Shown piece by piece: positions 1 through 12,000 of a DNA stretch of 58,398 nucleotides; position 1 is the stretch's first letter; every line of letters begins with the position of its first letter. A program made the translations under genes and the position numbers. The notes under the pieces were generated by a model. That model saw only the letters and a program-made list of their open reading frames with translations, did no database searches and was not told the origin of the DNA. The DNA comes from Lenisia limosa (lineage: Eukaryota > Protista > Breviatea): the NCBI GenBank assembly GCA_001655205.1, contig LPNZ01007939.1:1-58398 (forward strand), in the 5' to 3' direction.

Positions 1-900
1 GGGAGTACGACAATGGTTGGACAGGTGTTGGCGAGGGCCCAGGGACCAAGGTGACGATGGTGTCCATGGTGACGGACGGGCTTTCAGGGACCGCAACTGG
101 TCTGTTTGGCGGGCCAACCCCCTCCTCCAAGAGTTCACAGCGGGTTTGCCAGACCCGGAGTGAGTGGTCGAGGAGGGCATTTGGCATTGGCCAGTGCCTT
201 GGAGTCGAGGAGGGATCTCATGTCCTCCTTGAGGCAAGGGCAGATTCCTGCTGCCAGGCCTCCGGTGTGACTGAAAAGGGGGGCTTTATTCCTGGACGAG
301 GGTCTGGTGGTGGCAGGCGAGAAAGGCCAACAGGTGTCGCGGCAAGCCGAAATGGCTCTCTTCTTGGTCTCCGGAGATGGGAATAGGAGCGCATCCATGA
401 TCATGGTCTTGATGGACAGGCCAATTTCCCGCCTTAGGTTGACCATTGTTGGATGTTGGCAAACGGAGAGCAGGTGGCGGAGGGATTCCTGGTGTGGAGG
501 AGATGGAGCTGGGCACAAGTGTGGGGAGATGCTGTCCGGGTGGATAGCGGCCCACCAACGTCTGGTGAGTAAGGAGCCACTGAGGATCCGGAGGCGCATC
601 TTCTCCCGCTTCCGTGTTGGAGTTCGCTTGCTTCCCAGGCCCTTCTTCATGTCAGGGGGTAAGGTGGGTTGGCATAGCACTTCTCGTTCTTGATTGGGTG
701 GTGGATGTGAGTGGCTGTGAGCTTCCGCTGTCCTGGAAGCATGACCAAGGCAAATTTTTCGATATTTCTGAAAAAACTTGTATCGAGAATGAAAGAGGGG
801 GATTAGCCTTCGGCTACGGTCATACTCTGGGGGTCATCGCGCATCCCGTCCGCTCTGCGAACGCAAGCCCCAGCAGGCCTTGGTAGTACTGACGTCGGAG
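1..900 (-). CDS. Uncharacterised multi-exon gene, running off the left edge; boundaries approximate
   Basis: Long open minus frame ~135-740 (HSHSHPPPNQEREVLCQPTLPPDMKKG...NLRREIGLSIKTMIMDALLF...), a GC-rich exon-like block at 800-900 and a T-rich spacer at 930-985. No recognisable domain; frame not resolved. Confidence 0.3.
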
Positions 901-987
901 ACGAGTCGGGAAGGCAGGGTACTGTAGTATTTTTTTTCTTTTTCTTTTTTCTTTTTTCTTTTTTTTCATATCTTTTTTTAAAAAGAA

Positions 988-1704
988 ATGGTTTTGAGCG
1001 TGGTCTGGTGTGAGTTTAATAAATAGGATGAGCTATCTTTTTCGTTTCTGACAAGGCAGGTCGTTTTCCTCGGACTCCGACTTCACATCACTGTCGCATT
1101 CTGTTCAAAAGAAAGCAATCTTCTCGGTAAGCGTTTTGTGTGTGGTTAAGCAAATGATTGGATGATTGGTTTCACACTGCGATGTTATTCGTAATTACAT
1201 CCTTTATGCATTATGTTGGTTCTTGCGTTTATTTATATCGCAACGCTCTCACTCCACAGACTCGAGGGCAGTGCCCTAATTCAACCAGCTTCCCGGCCAA
1301 TCTCTGCGCTCTGGGAGAAAGTGAGGTATGTTCGGGTGGTCTGGTTTTAGGTGCAACTTGTTGTTTTCTTTTCATCAAATAGGATGAATCTAATTGGAAC
1401 TACAATTTCGATCTTTCGTTTAGTAGCAAAATATCCGTCCATCCGGATCCACGACACCCTAGGAAGCCTGATGTAGGGGTGGGCTGTCTCTTTTGGCACC
1501 TTATGTTATGTGACTGACTTTACAGTCTCGACGAAAAGGGCACCGAAGGGTTGGAAGTGGCTCCATGGCGCGTGTTGATGCTCTCCGACTAAAGGTATGT
1601 CCAGTGTTTTATGGACTTTCCAACGGCCAAGGACGTTTCTGACGTTTCAGGCTGCAGAACGCTCAGCTGAGAGGTCCCAGAAACTCATGAACCCCTTGAA
1701 TTAA
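988..1704 (+). CDS. Small uncharacterised multi-exon gene
   Basis: Five exon-like blocks (~1059-1106, 1260-1326, 1383-1470, 1527-1594, 1651-1704) separated by GT..AG introns join without internal stops. Two alternative frames are possible, so start and product are uncertain. Confidence 0.4.
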
Positions 1705-1796
1705 TCATGGTATTAACTTAATAAAGAAATGTTACATTTTCACACAAAACGGAAACTAACTACTGTACAAGAAACAAGCACCATAATAATTTTAAC

Positions 1797-2950
1797 CTAA
1801 TCCTTCCTTGCTCGCTTTAGCGGGCTTTCTTCTAAACCATTAACAGAGCCATTTGAACTATTCAACTGAAGACACGCACCTGCAGTATCCAAAGGCATTT
1901 TGGAAATGGGAGAGGCTGGGGAAGTGACCGAAAGGCGTCGTAGTAGCAATGACCGGTTGGTAGCCGGCGTGAACTGAATCTGTTTGGTCAGGTTAATTCT
2001 CTACTAGTATATATCATATGATATATACGCTCGATATTATTCTGCTCGAATCCTGCCCTACGCCAACCTGGGGTGACGGAGGGACAGGCGTGACAGCACT
2101 GACGGGTTTCCTTCTCAGCTTGGCAGGCGTTTTGGATGGCGATAGATTAGGGGGTTGGTAGGTCAGGTTGCGTAAGATGCCAAGTTCTTTCTCCATTAGA
2201 ATCTAGAAGGTTAGATGAGCACTCAGAAATGGCTAAGAATATCATAGGTAGCTGAAAAGAGAGGTGAAATACATCAAAGTTCATACTTCGCTTCATTTCT
2301 ACCAATGTTTGAAAAACATAACTTGGTTGCAACCAGATGGGAAGGATGCCAAACAGCAATGTTTGAAGTTTCTGCGCCTTTTGCCGTCTTTGAGGCACTG
2401 TCGAGGAGAGTAATCTCTTCGATAATCTGGTTGTTGGGCGCTCTGTCGCTCGTGGGGGTGGGGGGTGAAGTGACTGATGGTTATACAATGATAAGTATGA
2501 TAATTTTAACGTTTTCGGACAGTGTCGGTGCGTCCCTCGGCCCGCTTGGCTTTGATTTGTGGAGAACCAACGAGTTTTGGAGCGCAATGGTCGTAACCAA
2601 GACGCCAAAGCCAGCTCCGGGTGTTGTTGCGACAACCATGAGGTCGATGAGGTCTGTACAAGTACATGTGTTGTGCTGTGTTGTGTTGTCATATACTCTC
2701 ATTCTTCCCCTTTCGACTCTGATTTTCAGATTATGTGATCCCAAAATCATCCAACGCACTGATGGAGAACACTCCCGGAAATGTTTGGACAAACGCATCT
2801 TTGAGCAATGATATTTCAGACTGACATCCACGTTAGTACAAGGTAAAGTGCAAGCACATTTTATGCTATCCCCGCCTGACCTTCCGGTTCAAGGTTCACG
2901 TACATCTGCGATTGACGCTACCTCTGAGAGGTTAGTTGGCTTAGGCCTGA
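1797..2950 (-). CDS. Uncharacterised protein with Ser/Pro-rich C-terminus ending ...SPLKRARKD*; 5' end approximate
   Basis: Last three exons splice in consistent phase (ILMEKELGILRNLTYQPP...PPSPQ | IQFTPATNRS...MPLDTA | EESPLKRARKD, TAG at 1797-1799). Upstream exons at ~2320-2830 are only partly resolved. Confidence 0.5.
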
Positions 2951-3119
2951 TGCTCCTAATTTTTCTCATTTACTATCTGTTGTGTTTTCTCATATGTATA
3001 GTGTGGTGTGTTGATACGTGGGAAATAGTATCTTAATTTTTCTGGTCTTTTATATATCAATTTGTAACTATTATAGATCACTGGTATGAGTATTTAGTAA
3101 AATTTTTTTACCCAATGTT

Positions 3120-5376
3120 TAGTCCCTGCTGCTGTGAGGCCGTGTGATCGAAGACTGTAAAGAAAAGCCGAAACTAATTGTGCAACATCTCCGAGGCCTT
3201 CCAGAGCCAATTGGCCCGCCTCTGAAGACCTTGGTAATGACAAGTATGACTAAGCAGTACATCGACATCATCGGTGTTACCATGTCTTCCGATGCCACCA
3301 TCTTCACTGTCTCTTCAGAACCGTTTTCGGTGAGGTGACGGTCACCACTTTCCCTGCACCACAAGGAACGTTTTTCCTGCCTTCCTTTTTTGAACGACTT
3401 CCGGAGCTGCTTGCCACAGTCGTCCAACGGAACAGTGGTCGACATTCCTGGTGTGGGTGAATGGTGCCTATATAGCACACCACTCACTGGTGCGTTTGAC
3501 GGGGGGTTGCTGGGGAAAGCCTGTGGTGCAAAGATTCTGGTCCATGACAAGGGATACTCTGACCGACATCGATGCCGACAAATAAGGCATGTATCAACTT
3601 ACCAATAATTTACCAGGTCGGGGTTGACGTCTTTTTTGAAGACTTAAGAAGAACGGAGGACATACAGAAGAAGTAGCAAAAGATATGATGAAAGAAGATC
3701 ATGAATGGATGAAGGAAGTAAGAAAGAAGATGAATGAAGTTGGCATGGAAGGGACAGGAGACGTATTCCGCATACTGACAGGCATTGGAATGAATGGTGA
3801 AGCAATGAGGAAGTTGATGAAGAAAAAAAATGAGAAAAAGACTCAACTAACCCATTGTCTTCTTGGGTGGCAAAAAAATAAAAAATTCAAGCTATGAAGA
3901 TGCTTGTTGCCACTTTTGGAGAAATTTTTTTGAGCAACCGATCTTTATTTTAGTTGGTTCAGTCTCAGAAGTACTTCCCAGTCCTTTTTGTAAAGGTTCA
4001 ACCACATTGTGCCAAAGAGTTCAGTTGGCTAAGGGGAAATTTGATTTGCCAGGGCATTCAGAACAGAGTGGCATTATGTATAACAATTGCCTGTTCTGTG
4101 TTGCCCAGACTTCCCGCACAATGTCAAGATGTGTGGTATGAGGCGATGGGGGGGGGGGGTAAGCAAATTTGTTTAACCACTACACAATATTCTTTAATTC
4201 CTTAGACTATTGATGATGACATTGTCAAGGACATCGTTGCTGGTGAAATATTCCTGAGAGCCCATCCCGCCTTCCCCCTCTTCAAAGAGAGGAAAGGAAA
4301 ACTTGAGTCATTAGCCACGGCCGTAAGTCCCTAAGAGAAATTGATATCGCCCATTTGAAGTTGGATTATTTTGGATCAAACAGAAAGGGGTGGTTTTTGT
4401 GGAAGCCAAATTTCAGAGCACTCTCACATTAAGCTACTTCCGAACACCAGTCGGACTTATGTGTTCCAAGTGGACTGGTAACTCCCCGTAGTCTATCATG
4501 ACTATATCCGACAATGTCAACTCCGGACAGGTTTACTTTGAGTTTTATCCGAAAATTTTGACAGCAGCATGAGCTGCAACCCCCATTCATCCCCTTGGAT
4601 TTCTCAGATACAAGAGCAATGATGAAAATGATCCAGTTATTGTTCTGTTGAGGTGATTGCGCTCCATAAAACTCGTACTTTATGACAAACAATGTTTCTG
4701 ACGAGCAATGTTGCCCTTCTGTGAGTGGGACCACCATTCCGAATTTCAGGAGTGGAATTATATTGCTTGTGTCTACCCTTTGGATTCAGAAATCCTATGA
4801 AGTACACCAGCTCGATAGGAGCCCTAGTTTGTCGGTCCCACCAAGAGCATCTTTGCCGTTCCCCTTTCCGGCGGACGAAACTTCTCCCAAGCCAAGCAAG
4901 ACTTCGATGGTATCGCCAAAAAGGCCATCAAAATTGAAAATGCCATTCTCACTTTCTCTCTCTTCCTCTGCGAACTTGTTTCCGAGCTCGACAGCCTTGT
5001 TGCCGACTTTCTCCACCTCCGCAACCAGACCCAGTCCGCCTACGACCAATTTGCCCCCTTCATTTACGGCCTTTACAAGACCCACAACTGCCTTGGCATT
5101 GCCAAACACCCCGCTGTCCATCAGGATTTTAACTTCTACAAGCGCAATCAAGTCCTCCACGCTTTGGCCATTGGCCTCCAGAGACGCACCCGCTCCGTTA
5201 CCACCATCTCCGCCAACGGACGCGAGTTGGCTCATGTTTATCAAAGGTAGAGATCGATGCATCGACTTCACTTTCTATGACCTCCTCATTCTTTTGTCCG
5301 TTTCTAATGAAGACATTTCACCTTTGAAGGAAATCTATTACGTTGGCAATTGTGCCCTCACGGAAGCACAATCTAG
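3120..5376 (+). CDS. Uncharacterised multi-exon gene, possibly degenerate; contains a VFVEAK motif; ends approximate
   Basis: Exon 4206-4322 (TIDDDIVKDIVAGEIFLRAHPAF...) splices in phase to 4384 (KGVVFVEAKF...). Exon 4828-5246 is a stop-free frame with strong C-ending codon bias (FVGPTKSIFAVPLSGGRNFSQAKQDFDGIAKKAIK...) that the ORF track misses. Junctions at 4480-4830 and 3120-3700 are unresolved. Confidence 0.5.
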
Positions 5377-5559
5377 TTCAAGGCGAAAGGACCTCTGCCA
5401 CGATTTGGGAACCTTTTCTGATGCCGCTATTCTGCAGATATCAGTTCGTTGAAGTCGAACGAACGATTCGGTAGTTCCGAAGGTTCCTTCGCAATTCCAG
5501 AAGGAAGGAATTAGAATAGTGCTGTTAATAATAACTACCTTATGAAATGTACTAGATTA

Positions 5560-5860
5560 CAATTGGACCAGGCCATTTTTCAACAGGACAATGCGCCTAT
5601 CCATACTGCCAAAGTAAGAGACTGTCTGAATTTACCTTTTAGATCATTAAATCTTTTTGAAATTCTGTTTTGGAGTGGCCATCTTAATCTCCTGATCTTA
5701 ATCCAATCGAACATTGCTGGGGTCTTCTTGACCGTGAATTGGAAGAAAAAACGCGCTCATCGTCCGAAAATGCAATGATGAAGTGTTTGAGAGCTGGTTG
5801 GGCTGCTATTACCAAGGAGGATCCAAAAAACGAGGTGTATCAGCTACAAAATGCCGTTTC
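5560..5860 (+). mobile_element. Tc1/mariner (DDE_3-type) transposase remnant, pseudogenised
   Basis: AIFQQDNAPIHTAK followed, after a frameshift, by LEWPS*SPDLNPIEHCWGLLDREL. These are the second Asp and the Glu motifs of the Tc1 DDE triad. It has an in-frame TAA, a frameshift and no TIRs. Confidence 0.85.
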
Positions 5861-5902
5861 TAGTTTCAGAAATGAATAAAATAGGCTCTTAAATAGAAAA
5901 AA

Positions 5903-5978
5903 AACTTTGGAACTTGATGCCAAAGATAGAATGACAAAAGAACTTTGGAACTTGATGCCAAAGATAGGGTGACAAAAG
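5903..5978. repeat. 38-bp tandem duplication
   Basis: aactttggaacttgatgccaaagatag(aa/gg)tgacaaaag twice, 36/38 identical. Confidence 0.95.
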
Positions 5979-6029
5979 AAAAACAAACAGAAAAAACCAC
6001 TGAAATGACATGGATAGCAAATATCACTG

Positions 6030-9000
6030 AGCCCCCTACGATGTTGTTCTCCTGTGAGGCTCCTTTGGATGCAAGGTTGGATAGTTTGCTTCTTGTCCTT
6101 TCAACGATCAACCGCGCAGGTGCGTCCTATTTATTAGTGTGCGATGGTTGCTGAAAAGTTCTTCAATTCCACCAGAGCAAAAGACAAACTTATCAAACGT
6201 AAAATATCGAGTTTTGTTTTTAACATGAAGTTGTTGTGATAAAAGTGGCCAAACTCACATTGTCAGGAGAGGTGGAGATAAGTGGGTTGAGAGACTTGAT
6301 AAGCTCGAGCATTTCAGCGTGCTCCGTTTGCGCCTTATCCGCCTAGAGCGTTATCACCGGAAAGACAGTCACCTTTTCTTCAGCAATAGACAATTTGACT
6401 TGGAAGGCTTCTTCGCTCTTGATAGCCTTCTCCAGGAGTGCGGAGCCCTGACAATGTAAATCCGTTTTTAGTGCCACAAACCTTGCCCAACGCCTTGCTG
6501 CCTCCAGCTAGTCGTCTCAATGCGTTGACCTCAGTCTGAAGCTTGTCTCTTTCCTGCAAAATGACTCAACAAAGTCTTTCATTCTCAAAAGAACAAGCTT
6601 ACTGTTCTCAGAGCAATGTTCTCGGTTTTGATTCTATTGTGAAGCTGGATTCTTTGAGCCGTGTTACGATGGCCACTTAGTGCCTCTGGAATGTCAAGAC
6701 GACTTTATCTTTTGATAGCAGGGGATAAACAAACCGGCTTGATCCTTCAACTTCTCCACTTCAAGCATCTTCTTCTCAAGCCCCTTCTTTGTCTTTGTTA
6801 GCTGAGCCTGCAACAATGAGAACAAATGCGACAAGAGGGATGAGGAGGGGGAGGGTTCTGTACCCACCAGTATATCCTCCGCGTTGGATGACTCCTTGAT
6901 CAGCTGCTTTTGCGAGTCCAATAACTCCAGTTGAAGCCTAAAAAGTCAACAAAACAAGCTTTGAAGGACTAAGGGCATACTCGCGATACTTCCTGTCTTT
7001 GCACGCGAGGTCGTCTTCAAGAACAACGATTTTGTCTTCCATCACCATGCCGAGTTGAATTGACGACGACTGTGAAGTTACTATGTCACATCTGAATCAT
7101 AGCACATAACATTATAGAATAGAGAAATTCGCTCACCAGTTTGGAGTTAAGAATTTCAAGCTCCTTGTTGAGCTCATTTTGCTTCTCAATGGACTTATCC
7201 TGCTGGGACTTTGTGATTAACTCCTGATTTCAATTAAACGAGTCCAAATACCCTTGAAATAGAGCCACACAAACGAAAGAGTCGAGAGTGTCTTTTTGCT
7301 CAAGAATGGTCTTCTGCAGTTGTGACACGTTAGCCTCCAAGTGAGCCTGTTACAGAGTGAGAAAGTACTCAAGCCGACGTCAGAGAAGCCAGGCCACCTT
7401 TTTCACCGCTTCGTCCTTCAGTTCCATCCTCAAGGACTCTTCTGTGGACTGGGCGCTCGAGAGCAAGGCGCTCGTCTCATTTGTCTCCTCGCGGTGTGCC
7501 GTGGTGAGGGTGTCAATTTGCACTGTCAGTTTGGAGTTGGATTCGGCCAGGCACGATTCGGCTTCAGCAGCTGCGAGAAGACTGGCTTTGGTCCTGGAGG
7601 AGGGGGATAAATTTTTTTTTTAAAAAAAAGCCGAAACAAAACCTCAGAAAAACACAAAATATCAAGTTGCTATGAAACAAGGGACATCAGGGAAACAACG
7701 TCTTGTTGAAGAGCAAAAGATATGGTGTTGTTGTGGATATTGCCATTTGGTAGGTCAACCTGAGAACACCCACACATGGGTGGGGCATTGTGTAGAAAAC
7801 TGAGATTATAATCCTGACATCTCATAGGTTATCTATCCCACAACAACCAACTCCTTCAGTCTCTTCTGAAGTACTGCATTCTTGGTGGCTGTCTCAGTAG
7901 CTTCTTTTCGGAGGGTCGAGATGGTTTCCTTGGAAGTTACTTCATATTTTGAAAGTAAAGAGAACTACTGAATTGGATCGGATGTTGGTAAAAAAAAACT
8001 ATCGATATTTATCAAAGCTATTATATAATTGCCTCTTTTTTGGGACCGTAGGGAAGTCAGTGTTATCGATCTCACCGTTGCAGCCTTCAGGTCCGACCCA
8101 GTGGAGGCGGATAGAGTCGCAATTTCGGCGATAAGCTCTTGGACCCGGCCTATGTAGAGTCAGAACCCGTCCCAATCATGAACATACACTACATAATATT
8201 TCTTTTCAAATACTTAATAATCGCGATAAAGATCGAACACAACCTATTTCTACTTTATTTCCTTATTATACTAGTATATCATAGACTATACTACATATGA
8301 TACAATGTTAACCCACACAGCATAACCCAGCCACCTCTCTCCATATTGAGCTGATCGTTAAAGCTGGAGACTTGGAGGGCGGCTTCCTCGTTCTTTGTCC
8401 TGAGGTCATTGACGTTCTGAACCAGTCCAACTGAGGCTGCCTGGAAGGTCAAAAACACCCTGTACTGTTCAATCGAAAAAGACCAATTAAAGATCGACAG
8501 TTAACGTTTTGTAGACAAAGCAAAATAGTCTCAAAGCAGTTCGGCCTTTCCTCACTTCAGCTTGGGTATACTCTTTTTGAAGTTTCTCGTGTTGAGAAAG
8601 GGCCTAATTGATCAGTAGGAGAAAACATGATAATCGCAAAAGCATTTGGAAACATTTACAATTTGGAGCTGCGACCTAAGGGCCACGTCATTGGCCTTTG
8701 CAAGAGACTCGGCTGCGGACAATGAGGTTCGGAGGGACTTGGTCTCAGAGTTGCTGCTTTCAACCAATCGCAGAATCTCAGTCATCTGTCTCGTGAGAAC
8801 CCAGTGTGAAGCAAACCTCGTTCTCGTGCGAGTCCTTGAGAGAGGTAGCATGTTGCTCGGCCTCTTCCGTTTGGGTCCTGAAACGGACAGCCTCGTTGGT
8901 TTGCTCCTCTAAACGCCTCTCAAAGTCGGCAACAACCTAATTAAGTCAACACGGGGGGGGGGGGGNNNNNNNNNNNNNNNNNNNNNNNNNNNNNNNNNNN

Positions 9001-12000
9001 NNNNNNNNNNNNNNNNNNNNNNNNNNNNNNNNNNNNNNNNNNNACAGTCTCATCCAGCTGGTCTGACGTAGCCTTCAAAGAGTCCCGAGTGGTGACAAGA
9101 CTCTTCTGTGTGGTTGTGCAAACAGCCGTCATGTTCACCAACTATATTGTGAGATGATGAAGGTTCGAAAGAAAAGCATACGTCAACTCTGGCCTGGTGG
9201 ACCTCCTCCTGGCAATGTCTCAGCTCCGTCGTCATGGTATTCTTCTCGGTATCACTTTGAAGGAGCTTATTCTCGGCTTCTTCTAGAGCCTGACGCTGCG
9301 ATTCTAGCTCGCTGCGAAGGTCACCCATCTTCTCACTGGGAGGTTAGGATGACAAGGAGGCTCGGTTCCAACTTGAAAGATTGCTGAGTGCTCGTCAGTG
9401 CCCCACAAGCGTCATCTTTTTCGGTTTCCAAGTTCAAAACCTGGAAAATAACATTCAAGAGAGGTTGGTTCAAGATTTAACCATGCCCCTCCCCCCAACA
9501 GTTTGCTGAAGTCCTTGGATCTCCGTAGTCAGTGATTCAATTTGAGCAACTTGTGATGAGCTCGTTGTTTTGACATCCATAAGCTATACAGTCAGAGAGA
9601 GTGTTTGTTTGAGCCACAGTTTGCCAATCCAAACTTTTATCCATTACAAGTAATAATATACAGTGACCGGGATACTTGATCGATTTTCCTTGGGAAATCA
9701 CATAGCAAATCCGTCAAGACTTATATTATAAGGCAAGAACCCAAACCTGAGACTGCAGCTGGGACACGTCTGCCATGATCCTGGAGGAGGCCTCTTCAGC
9801 CTCGACCAGTTTGGTGTTGAGGTCGGATATTTTGGTCTCCTGCTGCTTCAGATCCAATAGGGCTGAAGCTTGGCCGGCACTTGCCGACTCCAACTAAGGG
9901 GTCAGATTCTGGGACAGATTCAATCCATCATCTAACCCTTAATGAGGGTCTGGGGCTTACCTCAGCCACCACCAATTGTCTCGAAGACTCAATCGTTTCG
10001 CATCTCTTGTTGGCAATCTTCACTTTGTTCCTGAAGAGTGATTGCGATGGGCAGAAAATCCTAGACAAACTTCAGTTCGTTGTTCTCTGTGTTAGCAGAG
10101 CTGATGATATTTGACAGGTCGAGCGACTGGTCCCTCAGAGTCACGACGTTTGACTCTGCCTCATTGAGCCGCGTCTGTGCGGTCTTCAATGAATCTGTAA
10201 GGGACTTCTTCTCAAACTCCAGCGAGCTACACTCCTGCATTGTGAGCAAGGGGCCACAGACAAAACAATCCATCTTTTGAAATGCGAATTACCCTTTAGC
10301 CCAACCTGCTCCTTCCTTGCCAATGCATCCTTCAATCCAGCCAGCTCTGTGGTGATGACAGCCTCCTTCGACTTCATTTTCAGTAGCTGCTCGGCCATTT
10401 CTATCAAGTCAGTGCGACAATGGAAGGGGGCCAACCTTCGCATCGTGAGGACTGTACGGCCGCCGCGGAAGTGGCAGATGCTAACGACTCTCTGAGGCTG
10501 GCCGACTTGTCAGCTTCTTCTTGTCCAGCTTGGGTGTAAGAGGAGTGGCCTTTGATTATTGTGAAAACCCTCGGAAAGTTTTCTTTCCTCCCACCTTTGG
10601 ACATTTTAAGGAGGATTTCTTCGAAGGATGCCGCAGCACTTTCAACCTAACGAGTAAAGTGCAAAAGTAATTGATTGTATTATGCAATCGACAACAAACC
10701 TTGAGTTGGTGGGAACGGTTCAATGAGTCAACAAAGGCCTCATGGGACTTGACCAAACCTAATTTGTGACGCTACGAGAGTCTTACTGTTCTTTTCTTCA
10801 ATCATTTGGAGGTTTTGCTCTTTAATCAGAATGGCTTCATTTTTCGACGCTGCACAAAGGTTTTCCAATTTAGAGTGCTGGAACATTAAGAAAAGAGAAA
10901 CACCCTACCTTTTCTTTGTACTCATTGCTAAGTCTTAAGAGTTCGTTTTCAGCCTCTTCAGCGCGGACTTCTGCCGTTTTCGCAGTCTGTACAGCCTCGC
11001 TAAACGCCTTGGCTAAGCTTGGCTGGCTTCTGCAGTCAGTTGTGCTACTTTGTAGATCGAGAAATGGGTATTGGAAATTAAATTTTATTCTTTGCTTAGA
11101 AACACCACTTTAACAGCATCATTCGCTTCCTACTCCGTTTGCTTGCAATCAGACTCAGCGGACGTTCTTTTGAGGTTCTGGTTCTCTTGGTGCAGCATTC
11201 CAATCTTCGAGGGCATAAGCAGGTGTAATTGTAGCTTCACTTCGGTTCAAAAATAAGAGAACAACACCGATGTTTATCGATAGGGTATCAATACATTTAT
11301 TTGTTTTTGAACCTGTACTGAAATCCTGAATGTACAAAGTTCGCCAACCTGTTTACTCAGACGTAGGGCGATGTTTTGCACCCGAAGCCTTTCATTAGTC
11401 TCTTCTTTGAGTAGATCGCCAGGGAGAACTGCTTCGTACTCCTCAATAGTTCCTGGAGTGATAAGTCTTACTAAAGCCCAACAAACGTTTAGCCTCGGCC
11501 AGCTTCTGGAGGGCAGTAGTTAAAGATGCCAACGTGGTGTCGTAGTCCGGGATAGAGACGTTGGTGTGCAGACGATTGAGCTCGGCTGACATGGCCTGGG
11601 CCTTGGCAAGAACCTCCTCCGGGGTGCAGCCGTCAAAAGAGACTGGCTCTGAACCGCGTAAGAATTAGTCCCAGCGTGCTTGATTTGAAACCGAGCCAGT
11701 AATAACAAAAAATGCGAATCATCAGGGAAAAAAAAAAAAAAAAAAGTACAAACCTTGTACTTTCGAGAAGGTAGGGTTGCGAAGGGATAATTGGAGGCGT
11801 AAGCTCTGATGTGCAATGAGAGAGAAGTGGATGATTAGTTTGTGATTATTGAAACACAGATAATGCTGGCCCTGTTGTTGACTTTCTCACCGCAGTTGTT
11901 TGATTGGCTTTGTTGAGAGCTTCTTTGTACTTGTTCATTTGCTCGATATGACTCTGTTCGCGACCCTGAGATATCAAATGATAGTCTGGTCAGAAGAGCC

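Noticed and set aside
4682-5452. Long Ser/Pro-rich + ORF (256 aa) and Gly/Val-rich - ORF 4795..5271
   Set aside because: Both are shadow frames of a codon-biased exon in another + frame (4828-5246) bounded by AG and GT.
9659-9740. TA-CAGTG, a Tc1-like terminus in a kinesin intron
   Set aside because: No matching inverted end nearby; such a short motif is expected by chance.
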